Below are positions 47,619-57,945 of a stretch of 64,000 bases of DNA, piece by piece (position 1 is the stretch's first letter; each line of letters starts with the position of its first letter). The notes below the pieces were generated by a model, which was given only the letters and a program-made list of their open reading frames with translations, made no database searches and was not told the DNA's origin. The position numbers and the translations under genes were made by a program. Origin of the DNA: Pseudomonadota bacterium (GTDB lineage Bacteria; Pseudomonadota; Gammaproteobacteria; Ga0077536); the NCBI GenBank assembly GCA_036339995.1, contig JAYYZW010000119.1:691-64690 (forward strand). The letters run 5' to 3'.

Positions 47619-48257
47619 ATGGCGATCAGGATCCTGGACACAGCGCAGCTAATGGTCCAGCAGCGGGGTTTTCATGCCTTTAGTTACCGCGATATCGCGG
47701 ACGAAATCGGCATAAAATCGGCCAGCATTCATTACCATTTCCCGACCAAGCCGGATCTCGCCCGCGCGATTCTGGACCGCATCATCGTCGCCTTCGACGC
47801 ATGCCTCAAAGAACTCGACCTATTGACCGACACGCGGGAGAAATTACGGCGGTTCTGCGCGATATTCCTCGATACCTTTCAGGGCGGCGATCGCCTGTGC
47901 GCTTTCTGTATGGTCGCGACCGCGCAGGACGGTCTGCCCGCCGCCGTGCGCGCACGCGTGACCGACTTTTGGCAAACCGGTGAGCTCTGGCTGGAAGGCG
48001 TCCTCGAAGAAGGCCACAAGAACGGCCGGCTTGCGTTCTCGACGAATCCGCAAACGGTCGCGCGGCTGTTCATCGTCGGGCTCGAAGGGGGTATGGTTAC
48101 GGCGCGGGCTTTCGAAGATCGAGCGCGTTTCATTGCCATTGCGGATCACCTCGTGGCATCCGTCGTGCCGCCAGGGGCGAAACCCGAATCACTTAATACG
48201 GTCCAACCGGGTGGATGGGCTCGATTGAGCGCCGGCGATTCCACGAGCGGTCAATGA
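47619..48257 (+). CDS. TetR/AcrR family transcriptional regulator
   Basis: Start at ATG 47619 (MAIRILDTAQ...). N-terminal HTH FHAFSYRDIADEIGIKSASIHYHFPTK. Confidence 0.7.
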   Translation: MAIRILDTAQLMVQQRGFHAFSYRDIADEIGIKSASIHYHFPTKPDLARAILDRIIVAFDACLKELDLLTDTREKLRRFCAIFLDTFQGGDRLCAFCMVATAQDGLPAAVRARVTDFWQTGELWLEGVLEEGHKNGRLAFSTNPQTVARLFIVGLEGGMVTARAFEDRARFIAIADHLVASVVPPGAKPESLNTVQPGGWARLSAGDSTSGQ

Positions 48258-48307
48258 TGAAGAGAGTTCGTGAAGCCGGGTAAAGACCGCGGTTAAAGGA
48301 GATAGAA

Positions 48308-49117
48308 ATGAGACGCATGTTCGACTTGATCACGACAGTGCTGATGATCGGCGCGATCACCGTGGTGTTTCCGGCTATCGCCGAGCAATCGGACGTGGAC
48401 GCCTGGGCGACCCTGTTGAAACCCCATTATTTCGGTGATGCCGAACTCGTGGAAGGGCATTCCATCATCGAGATGAAAACGCCTTACCGCGCGGAGGATG
48501 CTGCGTTTACGCCGGTTTCCATCACGGCGAACATTCCGCAGACCGAAGAACGTTACATCGAGAAAATCTACCTGTTCGTCGAGAAGAATCCCCAGCCTTT
48601 GGCCGGTATTTTTCACTTGACCGCAGCGATGGGGCGCGCCGATCTCGCCATGCGGGTGCGCGTCGATATGTACACTAACGTCCGCGTGGTGGCGGTGCTG
48701 AATACCGGCGAGCATCATCTCGTAACGAATTTCGTCAAGGCCCAGGGCGGCTGCTCGGCGCCGCTGGCCTCGGATTTCGCAGCAGCCATGGAGAAAATCG
48801 GCTCGATGCGCTTTCGCACGGTCGGCGACCGCACTGCCGAGGATCTCCTCCTCGGCCAGTTCATGCTGAGCCATCCGAACGTCACCGGCATGCAGGAAGA
48901 CCAGAAAACCCACCTCTTCCGCCCCGCTCATTACGTGAAAACCATCAAACTCTATCAGGGTGACAAGCTCCTCATGGTTGCTGAAACCGGGTTCTCCGTG
49001 AGCGAAGATCCCACGTTCCGTTTCTTCTTCCGTCCCGATGGTGCCGCTGAACTGCGTGCGGAAGTAGAAGATTCCAAGGGCCTTTCCTGGGCAGAGACGT
49101 TCAAGATCAAAACCTGA
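48308..49117 (+). CDS. SoxY-SoxZ-like sulfur carrier fusion protein (quinoprotein-dehydrogenase-associated SoxYZ-like family type)
   Basis: Signal peptide. SoxY-like domain ending in a ...KAQGGCSAPL cysteine motif (corresponding to the SoxY GGCGG). SoxZ-like C-terminal beta domain (...FRFFF). AAGGAG RBS. Confidence 0.55.
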   Translation: MRRMFDLITTVLMIGAITVVFPAIAEQSDVDAWATLLKPHYFGDAELVEGHSIIEMKTPYRAEDAAFTPVSITANIPQTEERYIEKIYLFVEKNPQPLAGIFHLTAAMGRADLAMRVRVDMYTNVRVVAVLNTGEHHLVTNFVKAQGGCSAPLASDFAAAMEKIGSMRFRTVGDRTAEDLLLGQFMLSHPNVTGMQEDQKTHLFRPAHYVKTIKLYQGDKLLMVAETGFSVSEDPTFRFFFRPDGAAELRAEVEDSKGLSWAETFKIKT

Positions 49118-49196
49118 GAAGAATTCGTAAGCACTGATTTTCAGCAGTCTGAATGCGCTAGAATCCAGCGCAACATTCCACCAAGCGGCTTAGCCA

Positions 49197-49949
49197 ATGA
49201 CCGGTAATTTCCGCCAACGACTCATCGCCGGCGAAACACTGATCGGCACCATCGTCACGCTCGAATCCCCCGAGATCGTCGAAGCCCTGTGTCATATCGG
49301 GTTCGACTGGCTGTTCATCGAAACCGAGCACTCGCCGCTGCTCCCGCACGCAGTACAGCAGATCATCCAGATGGCGGCCGACACCCCGTGTGTCGTGCGC
49401 CTGTCACGCAGCGACGAAATCTCGATCAAGCGCGCACTCGACGCTGGTGCAGCCGGCATCATCGTGCCGCAGGTCAATTCGCCCGCACATGCCAGGCTCG
49501 TTGTCAGCTATGCGAAATACGCGCCGATGGGAACGCGCGGCATCGGTCTGAACAGGGCCAGCAAGTACGGTCTTAATTTCGATGACTACGTGGCGAACGC
49601 CAACGAGAACACCACTGTCATCGTACAGGCCGAACATATCGATGCGGTGGAAAACATCGACGAAATCTGTGACGTGGAAGGCGTCGACGCCGTTTTCATC
49701 GGTCCCTACGATCTGTCCGCAAGCCTCAACAAGATCGGTCGCCTGCGTGACCGTGAGGTCCTGGATGCGATGAACCGCGTACGTGATGCCTGCATTGAAA
49801 AGGGCGTAAAGCTCGGCGTCTACGGCCGCGGGCCCGAAGAGGTCGCGCCCTACGAAGCCGAGGGCTATAACCTGCTTTGCTGTGGCGCCGACATTGCGGT
49901 ATTCGCCGCCGGTGCGAAGCACCTGCTAGAAACTTTGCGCGACAAATAA
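49197..49949 (+). CDS. HpcH/HpaI-family class II (pyruvate) aldolase
   Basis: 250 aa TIM-barrel aldolase family (LFIETEHSP..., GIIVPQV, FIGPYDLS). Confidence 0.75.
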   Translation: MTGNFRQRLIAGETLIGTIVTLESPEIVEALCHIGFDWLFIETEHSPLLPHAVQQIIQMAADTPCVVRLSRSDEISIKRALDAGAAGIIVPQVNSPAHARLVVSYAKYAPMGTRGIGLNRASKYGLNFDDYVANANENTTVIVQAEHIDAVENIDEICDVEGVDAVFIGPYDLSASLNKIGRLRDREVLDAMNRVRDACIEKGVKLGVYGRGPEEVAPYEAEGYNLLCCGADIAVFAAGAKHLLETLRDK

Positions 49950-49958
49950 GACCTCCGA

Positions 49959-50621
49959 ATGGACGCGGAATTACGAAAGGCGCTGTTGGAACTGGATTGC
50001 GCATCGCTCGCAGACGCCGACAAGTCGCTCAGGGTCGTCGATTCGGCGATCCGTCCGCTCAATCCGGGGCGAAAACTCCTCGGCGTCGCCCGCACCGTGC
50101 GCTGTCACGAGGATTTTCTGACGGTGATTAAGGCGCTGGACGAATCGCGTCCGGGCGAGATTCTGGTCGTTGATACGCAGGGCGGCAAGCGAGCGGTGGT
50201 CGGTGAATTATTTTCGCTCGAAGCGGCCCGGCGCGGCCTGGCGGGGATCATCGTCGACGGCGCGGTGCGGGACATGCATACCATTCGATCCCTGGACATG
50301 CCGGTTTACGCCCGCGCGTTCTGCCCCTGCTCGGGTACGACGCGCAGCTTGACGGAGACGCAGTGCCAGATTGAATGCGGTGGCGTCCCGGTGGATCCCG
50401 GCGACATCGTCGTGGGCGACGAGGACGGCATCGTGATCGCGACCGAAGAAGAGCTGCACGCGCTGGTCCCGACCGCGATGGAGATCGAGCGCACCGAAGC
50501 GCAAGTTCGCGACCGAATGGCGGCTGGAACGGGACTCATCGACATGCTCAACTATCGTGAACACGCCGCGGCCGTGGCGCGCGGCGAAGACAGTAAGCTT
50601 CAGTTCAAGCTCAACGAATAG
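49959..50621 (+). CDS. RraA-family protein (RraA / 4-hydroxy-4-methyl-2-oxoglutarate aldolase-like)
   Basis: 220 aa. GEILVVDTQGGKRAVVGEL...GIIVDGAVRD, typical of the RraA/MenG-like fold. Confidence 0.75.
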   Translation: MDAELRKALLELDCASLADADKSLRVVDSAIRPLNPGRKLLGVARTVRCHEDFLTVIKALDESRPGEILVVDTQGGKRAVVGELFSLEAARRGLAGIIVDGAVRDMHTIRSLDMPVYARAFCPCSGTTRSLTETQCQIECGGVPVDPGDIVVGDEDGIVIATEEELHALVPTAMEIERTEAQVRDRMAAGTGLIDMLNYREHAAAVARGEDSKLQFKLNE

Positions 50622-50623
50622 GG

Positions 50624-50997
50624 TGAAGCGCGATCGGGTATCTCTACTTCGCGTGCCAGCCCTGGTTGGCCTCCTCACCGGATTTGTCATCGATATCGCG
50701 CCCGGCATCGAACCCGGAGGCGAGGCTCTGGTACGGGATCTCGCGCAATGCGCGGCCTTTTTCTTCAATGCCACGAACGCCCGTCCCATGGAAGAATACG
50801 AGCGCCTCTATGGAGCGGGTGAACGAGCCGTCAATCGCGCAATGCAGATTCTCGGGCGCACCACGGTCGACCGCCTGATCGGCGATGCGTCCGTGGAAAT
50901 GACCGCGGACATGGGTCAGGATTGGAGAAATTTCGGCCGCATCGAGGCACGCTTAGGTGCGAAGTGCTGGGAGTTGGTCGGTATCGACCGTAAGTGA
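50624..50997 (+). CDS. hypothetical protein
   Basis: GTG start after the rraA-like stop. Trimmed from ORF 50557..50997. Codon third-position GC bias is consistent with coding. No family recognised. Confidence 0.3.
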
Positions 50998-51070
50998 GGG
51001 GAAGGCCGTATCGGTACCGATGCCGAAATAGCGAACGCCTACGGCGTACCCAGGTGATCGGATATGCGGC

Positions 51071-51568
51071 TTAGGCGTCGAGTCCGCGCAGGTACCAGAT
51101 CAGGTCCATTTCCGGTACGTTGTGTCCGAATCCGGAGATGGCTGAGGAGATCTGTCCGCGATGATGGGTCCCGTGATTGAATACGTGCGGTAGTATTGAA
51201 GGTAGCGAGTTGCGAAAATCTGCACCGGACATGTTCTGGTAGACGAGGTTGCGGGCAAGCGCAGCTTCGTCCTGCCCTGCGATCCAGGTCTTCCATCGGG
51301 CGGATTGTGTATAAAGCCTGCGTTCCAGTTCCGCACGATCGCCCTCGATCTCCGCATCCAGGCCAGGTACATCGAACGGGTCTTTGACGCAGCGTCCGTA
51401 CCAGACCTCGTCACCCACGGGCAGGTGATTCAAGGTTCCGTGAATACTTCGAAAACACAGTCCCGAATCAGCGAAATACTGATCGCTGGATACAGAGAGC
51501 AGGGCGTTGTAGAGCACTTCGAAGGCCCAGACGTGGTAGTCGGCCAGCATCAGCAAATGATTTTTCAC
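51071..51568 (-). CDS. DinB/YfiT-like (DinB_2) family metal-dependent protein
   Basis: 165 aa. LADYHVWA...HxxHHRGQ signature of the DinB-like four-helix bundle. Confidence 0.65.
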   Translation of the reverse strand: MKNHLLMLADYHVWAFEVLYNALLSVSSDQYFADSGLCFRSIHGTLNHLPVGDEVWYGRCVKDPFDVPGLDAEIEGDRAELERRLYTQSARWKTWIAGQDEAALARNLVYQNMSGADFRNSLPSILPHVFNHGTHHRGQISSAISGFGHNVPEMDLIWYLRGLDA

Positions 51569-51651
51569 GGAGTTCTCTTAAATACCGATATGCGCGCAGT
51601 AGGTCATAGCCTACCGAATGATGTTGATGAAAAATAAGGCTTAAAAAAGGA

Positions 51652-53223
51652 TTGAATATGAATGGCGCTCACGCCTTGCTAGATGCGCTGGTCGACGCCG
51701 GCGTCAATGTCTGTTTCGCCAACCCGGGCACCTCGGAGATGCATCTGGTTTCGGCCATCGGCAAAAGCGACGCCATGCGCCCGGTCCTCTGCCTGTTCGA
51801 AGGCGTCGTTTCAGGGGCGGCCGATGGCTACGCGCGCATGAGCGGAAAACCTGCGATCACCTTGCTGCATCTCGGCCCCGGATTCTCCAACAGCATGGCG
51901 AATCTGCACAACGCGCGCCGCGCGCATTCGCCGCTCGTCAACATCATCGGCGATCACGCTACCTGGCATCACAAGTACGACGCGCCGTTGACATCCGACG
52001 TACCTGCGCATGCCCGCATCCATTCGCATTGGCTCAAGGTAACGGAGTCCGCCGAGGACCTGGCCCTGGCCGGAGCCGAGGCGGTACAGGCGTCGATGGA
52101 AGGTGCGGGCAAGATCTCGACCCTCATCGTGCCGGCAAATCATGCCTGGGAGCCGGCGACGAAATCCTATGATCGCCTGCCGCCCCCGGAATTGCCGGCC
52201 GTTATTGACGCGCATGTCGATGCAGCCGCGAAGGCTTTGAAGAATGGCAGGCGAACGGCGCTGCTACTCGGCGGCCACGCCCTGCGCGATCCGTCCCTAG
52301 CGTCCGCCGGACGGATTGCGGCAGCCACCGGCGCGGCGCTGTTGTGCGAAACCTTTTCGGCCCGACTTGAGCGAGGCGCCGGGCGTGTTCCCTTGCAGCG
52401 CATTCCGTATTTTGCCGAACTGGCCAGCGAATATCTGAAGGAATTCGAACAGATGATCCTGATCGGCGCACAACGACCGGTCGCTTTTTTCGCGTATCCG
52501 GACGTCGCGAGCCTGCTCGTGACCGAAACCTGCGAAATGATCGAACTGGCCGGTGTCGATGACGACATCTCGGCCTCACTCGCCGCACTTGCAGACGCAC
52601 TCGATGCGCCGGCGAACGTCGCCGTGCAGCAACGCGTCGCATCTGTCGTGCCCGATGGCGAGCTGACTCCCGCTGCCGTCGGCGACGTCATCAACGCTCT
52701 GCTGCCCGAGCAGACGATTCTGGTTGACGAAGGGATTACCTGCGGACTGGAACTGTTCACCCGCACCGTGGGCGCGGCGCCGCACGACTGGCTCTCGATA
52801 ACAGGCGGGTCGATCGGCCATGGCCTGCCGGTCAGTTTGGGCGCGAGTATCGCCTGCCCGCAGCGCAAAGTCGTTGCGTTTCAGGCGGACGGCAGCGCTA
52901 TGTATACGGTACAGGCCCTGTGGAGCATGATGCGTGAAGAGACGGACGTTACGGTGGTGTTGATGAACAACAGCAGCTACGCCATTCTCAACATTGAGCT
53001 CACGCGACTCAAGACAGGCGAGCCCACGCCGAAGACGCTATCCATGCTCGACCTGTCAAACCCGGACATCGATTGGGTGAGCATCGCCCGGGGCATGCAA
53101 ATGCCCGCGAACCGCGCGGCGACGGTCGCAGAATTCCATCAGCAGTTTGGCGAAGCCATGCAAACGCAGGGGCCGTGCCTGATCGAGGTGAAGCTTGCGC
53201 AGCGACCGGGAGCTACTGCGTGA
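51652..53223 (+). CDS. thiamine pyrophosphate-dependent enzyme, benzoylformate decarboxylase / acetolactate synthase-like
   Basis: 523 aa. N-terminal PYR domain (FANPGTSEMH). C-terminal PP domain with a GDGS-type motif (FQADGSAMY...NNSSY). Confidence 0.8.
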   Translation: MNMNGAHALLDALVDAGVNVCFANPGTSEMHLVSAIGKSDAMRPVLCLFEGVVSGAADGYARMSGKPAITLLHLGPGFSNSMANLHNARRAHSPLVNIIGDHATWHHKYDAPLTSDVPAHARIHSHWLKVTESAEDLALAGAEAVQASMEGAGKISTLIVPANHAWEPATKSYDRLPPPELPAVIDAHVDAAAKALKNGRRTALLLGGHALRDPSLASAGRIAAATGAALLCETFSARLERGAGRVPLQRIPYFAELASEYLKEFEQMILIGAQRPVAFFAYPDVASLLVTETCEMIELAGVDDDISASLAALADALDAPANVAVQQRVASVVPDGELTPAAVGDVINALLPEQTILVDEGITCGLELFTRTVGAAPHDWLSITGGSIGHGLPVSLGASIACPQRKVVAFQADGSAMYTVQALWSMMREETDVTVVLMNNSSYAILNIELTRLKTGEPTPKTLSMLDLSNPDIDWVSIARGMQMPANRAATVAEFHQQFGEAMQTQGPCLIEVKLAQRPGATA

Positions 53224-53224
53224 G

Positions 53225-53392
53225 CTTAGGGAACCTCTGAATAAGTTACGGCACATCTGCCTTGCCCGTGAAATTGCGGAGCCTTACGTTACGAACCTTG
53301 CCAATAGTCCTCGCTATTGCCTGCGGTTCGTGCCTCGATCTGCACTGTTCATGAACAATTCAGACGCACCATGACTTATTCAGAGGTTCCTC
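53225..53392. repeat. MITE/REP-like palindromic mosaic element, copy 3 (about 168 bp)
   Basis: Same orientation as copy 2. TIRs CTTAGGGAACCTCTGAATAAGTTACGG / CCATGACTTATTCAGAGGTTCCTCA. Degenerate central hairpin. Begins 1 nt after the TPP-enzyme TGA. Its right terminus contains the TGA stop of the lipoprotein gene. Confidence 0.8.
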
Positions 53393-54110
53393 AGATTCCA
53401 GATTCCTGAGCGGCGATCCCTATTGCGTTCGTCAACAAGACCGACAAGGAATCGAATATCGTCGTGCGATGCGATTCTCTAATTGCCTGCACGCCAGAGC
53501 CGGTTTCGTATCGAGGCCGCCACACCGACTCCGTGAGCGGAGCGACCTGCCGTCCGCCCGCTCTGCCGACAACGAATTGCCTTTTCACGTCAATGGCTTC
53601 GATTGCGATGGCGGCATAGGCGAATACGCCCGTATCGAAGGCTTTCTGGAAGCCGTAACCGCGAATGTTCTGGTTGGTATGGGTGACGTAGTCTTGCGCG
53701 ATGTCCGGATAGACTACCACCACCATATCGAGGCCTTTTGCGGCGCCCGCCTGGTAAACGCGTTCGTGAATCTCACCGGTATCGCGGTAACCCCATTTGG
53801 ATTCGGCAATACCAAACGAGCTGTCGTCCCGGCGGATCCGAATCACCTCGAACCCTTTCCTGCGCAACCGGGCGCCGACTTTTTCATAGACGAGGGCGTC
53901 AGCGTCCCAGCCTTCCAGCACGGTGCTGGAGAACTTGCTTTCCATGGCTGATATCGACAGGTAACTTATGTAGGGTTGCCGGTTGACCAGCGACAGCACG
54001 CCGACCTTGGTGATCCTCGCCGCATGCTCCGCGGTCATGCGTGATTGGCTGGTATTCAGCAGGCAGCCCGTCAGCGCGGCGCAGCACAGATAGATCAAAT
54101 TTTTGATCAC
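53391..54110 (-). CDS. hypothetical lipoprotein
   Basis: GTG start at 54110 gives MIKNLIYLCCAALTGCLLN (lipobox LTGC). About 239 aa. The longer TTG-initiated ORF was rejected. Confidence 0.5.
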   Translation of the reverse strand: MIKNLIYLCCAALTGCLLNTSQSRMTAEHAARITKVGVLSLVNRQPYISYLSISAMESKFSSTVLEGWDADALVYEKVGARLRRKGFEVIRIRRDDSSFGIAESKWGYRDTGEIHERVYQAGAAKGLDMVVVVYPDIAQDYVTHTNQNIRGYGFQKAFDTGVFAYAAIAIEAIDVKRQFVVGRAGGRQVAPLTESVWRPRYETGSGVQAIRESHRTTIFDSLSVLLTNAIGIAAQESGI

Positions 54111-54127
54111 GTTCGATGCCGAAATCG

Positions 54128-54622
54128 TCAAGCCTCGTCCGCATCCCGCGTCCAGCGAAAATCGCAGTGATCCGCACCTTCCATCATTGTCTGCGTGCGT
54201 TCGAGTTTGAGATCGGAGCCTATGCCGGCAGTCATGGGCGGGTCGATGCCGCAAACCATGAGCCGCCCGAACTCCCGATCACCGAGTTTGCGAAATAGCT
54301 CCGCATACCGACAGCGCCGTACATTGAACGCCATCACGGTATCGGACTCCTCCACCGGCTCGATCTCGATGGCGTCGCCCGCGGTAAACATCGGTACGGC
54401 CTTACGCAGCTTTTCGAGGGAATTCGAGCCCTCGTTGCGGCCGATCGAGCGACCGAATTCCGTGGCGAATTCATTGACTGCTACGGAGAGCAGTTCGCGC
54501 GCCCGGTCCGGGCCGATTTCGTCTTTAAGGCGCCGGTATAAGGGCAGCAGTATTTCAGCCTGAATTTTCACTCGCTCGATGTAGGGCAGCGGATCTGAAA
54601 TCGTGTCAGCTTTCTGGTTCAT
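54128..54622 (-). CDS. L-2-amino-thiazoline-4-carboxylic acid hydrolase-like family protein
   Basis: 164 aa. Cys-containing motifs (CRYAELF, GADHCDFRW) recalled from the ATC-hydrolase family. Family assignment tentative. Confidence 0.45.
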   Translation of the reverse strand: MNQKADTISDPLPYIERVKIQAEILLPLYRRLKDEIGPDRARELLSVAVNEFATEFGRSIGRNEGSNSLEKLRKAVPMFTAGDAIEIEPVEESDTVMAFNVRRCRYAELFRKLGDREFGRLMVCGIDPPMTAGIGSDLKLERTQTMMEGADHCDFRWTRDADEA

Positions 54623-54626
54623 GTGT

Positions 54627-55247
54627 TTATCCTCTTACGCCTCGCCGATTGTCACCCGCCGCGATCACCGGCTTTTGCTCCCAGCCGAACGCCAGTGAAC
54701 GCCAAACGTCACGGTAATCGTAATCAGTGTCTAGCGCGAGATTGAGGCGATTGTAGGCCGCAAAATCGCTCACCAGGTGCACGACCTGAACAATGCCCTT
54801 GTCGCTTAGACCGACCTCACGCAATGCGTCCGTATCGGTGTCGGTTACGGACCTGGCATCGGTGTTGACCTTGAGTGCGAAATCAACAATGACCTTCAGA
54901 CGCGGGTCGTCCACGCCGTCAATCCCGTCGCTTACCACTCGCGCGACCTCCTCCTCGGCTGCGCCGAGGCCGTAATTGAGAATCGTGCAAAAGGCCGCGG
55001 TGCAGTACGCGCAGCCGTTCGCCTTTGATACTAGGATGCCGACGTGCTGGATCTCGGGCATCGACAGTTCACCGAATTCCCACAGCGCCTTGGTCGCCCC
55101 GAGTTTCGCTTTGAAAAACTCCGGAAAATTCATCTCGACGTAGAAATGATTCGGTACGGCGCCTTCCATCCGCGTGACCCACTCGAATATCTCGCGGATC
55201 TGGGGGGCATCGACGCTTTCCGGCTTAATGATTGCGACTCTGGCCAT
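54627..55247 (-). CDS. carboxymuconolactone decarboxylase / AhpD-like peroxidase-related family protein
   Basis: Start at ATG 55247 (AGGAG RBS). AhpD-like CxxC-type motif ANGCAYCTAAFC. Confidence 0.7.
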   Translation of the reverse strand: MARVAIIKPESVDAPQIREIFEWVTRMEGAVPNHFYVEMNFPEFFKAKLGATKALWEFGELSMPEIQHVGILVSKANGCAYCTAAFCTILNYGLGAAEEEVARVVSDGIDGVDDPRLKVIVDFALKVNTDARSVTDTDTDALREVGLSDKGIVQVVHLVSDFAAYNRLNLALDTDYDYRDVWRSLAFGWEQKPVIAAGDNRRGVRG

Positions 55248-55311
55248 GCCTAAGCTCCTGTGCACCCGCGGTGATCTAGCCGGTGCTGGCCTCGCGCACT
55301 GCCGCTCCCGT

Positions 55312-57158
<1,847 letters not shown>

Positions 57159-57248
57159 TTCGAATTTCCTCCCTCGGGGATTTCGTTCTGGGCGCACCTA
57201 CTATATCCGAACAGGCGACCGGTCGCATCGAACGGAAACGCAGTGCCG

Positions 57249-57758
57249 TCACCCCGTTTGGTTTCGATTTATCCACCGTCGATCGGCGAGCACCACCGAG
57301 GTTTCGATCTGACGCTCGGGGATGTTCCAGTATTCACGGAGCAAGCGTTCCTTGTCAGCATAGGATACGGGTACGAAACCATGACCTTCGTAGAAAGCGA
57401 TGGCCCAGTTCGCGGCTGCCCAGGTCCCGACCAACAACGGCTTGCTGCAAGTCGATCGAACATGCGCTAGCAGCGCACGGCCGATGCCGGCGTGCTGCCG
57501 GCTCGGCGCGACATAAGCGTGGCGAATCAAGGCGAGGTCCCCGAGAACCTGAATGCCCATTACGCCCACGATCGCGGTCGCGTCGCCGGCCAGCCAGAAT
57601 TCGACCCGTTGCGCGATTTCCCTTTCGAGTTCCTGTCTCGGCATATACGGTTCGTGCCATCGATCCGGCGGTATGACGCCCTTGTAGGCGACCGCAGCGT
57701 CGTTGATGATCCTTAATACCTCGTCAAAATCCGGTGGGCTATAAGGCCTGATTAACAT
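57249..57758 (-). CDS. GNAT family N-acetyltransferase
   Basis: 169 aa. Acetyl-CoA-binding motif RQHAGIGRALL. Confidence 0.75.
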   Translation of the reverse strand: MLIRPYSPPDFDEVLRIINDAAVAYKGVIPPDRWHEPYMPRQELEREIAQRVEFWLAGDATAIVGVMGIQVLGDLALIRHAYVAPSRQHAGIGRALLAHVRSTCSKPLLVGTWAAANWAIAFYEGHGFVPVSYADKERLLREYWNIPERQIETSVVLADRRWINRNQTG

Positions 57759-57790
57759 TTCTAACGAGCACCGTGTTACGGCTAGCCGCT

Positions 57791-57940
57791 TGTCGGACTT
57801 AGGGAGAATCTACTGCGGCGTTGGGATAGCGGTCCAGATGCGCGATGGTTCTCGTTAAATAGTCCCACTATTCGCCTCAAACCATGACACATCTGGACTC
57901 GCTCTCCCAACCGCCTCGCTACGATTCCCTAAGTCCGACA
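57791..57940. repeat. divergent/mosaic member of the same palindromic element family, copy 4 (about 150 bp)
   Basis: TIRs GTCGGACTTAGGGAGAATC / GATTCCCTAAGTCCGAC. Nested inverted repeat CCAGATG...CATCTGG. Central AATAGTcccACTATT related to the CCAATAGtccccgCTATTGG core of copies 1-3. Confidence 0.7.
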
Positions 57941-57945
57941 GGCTG

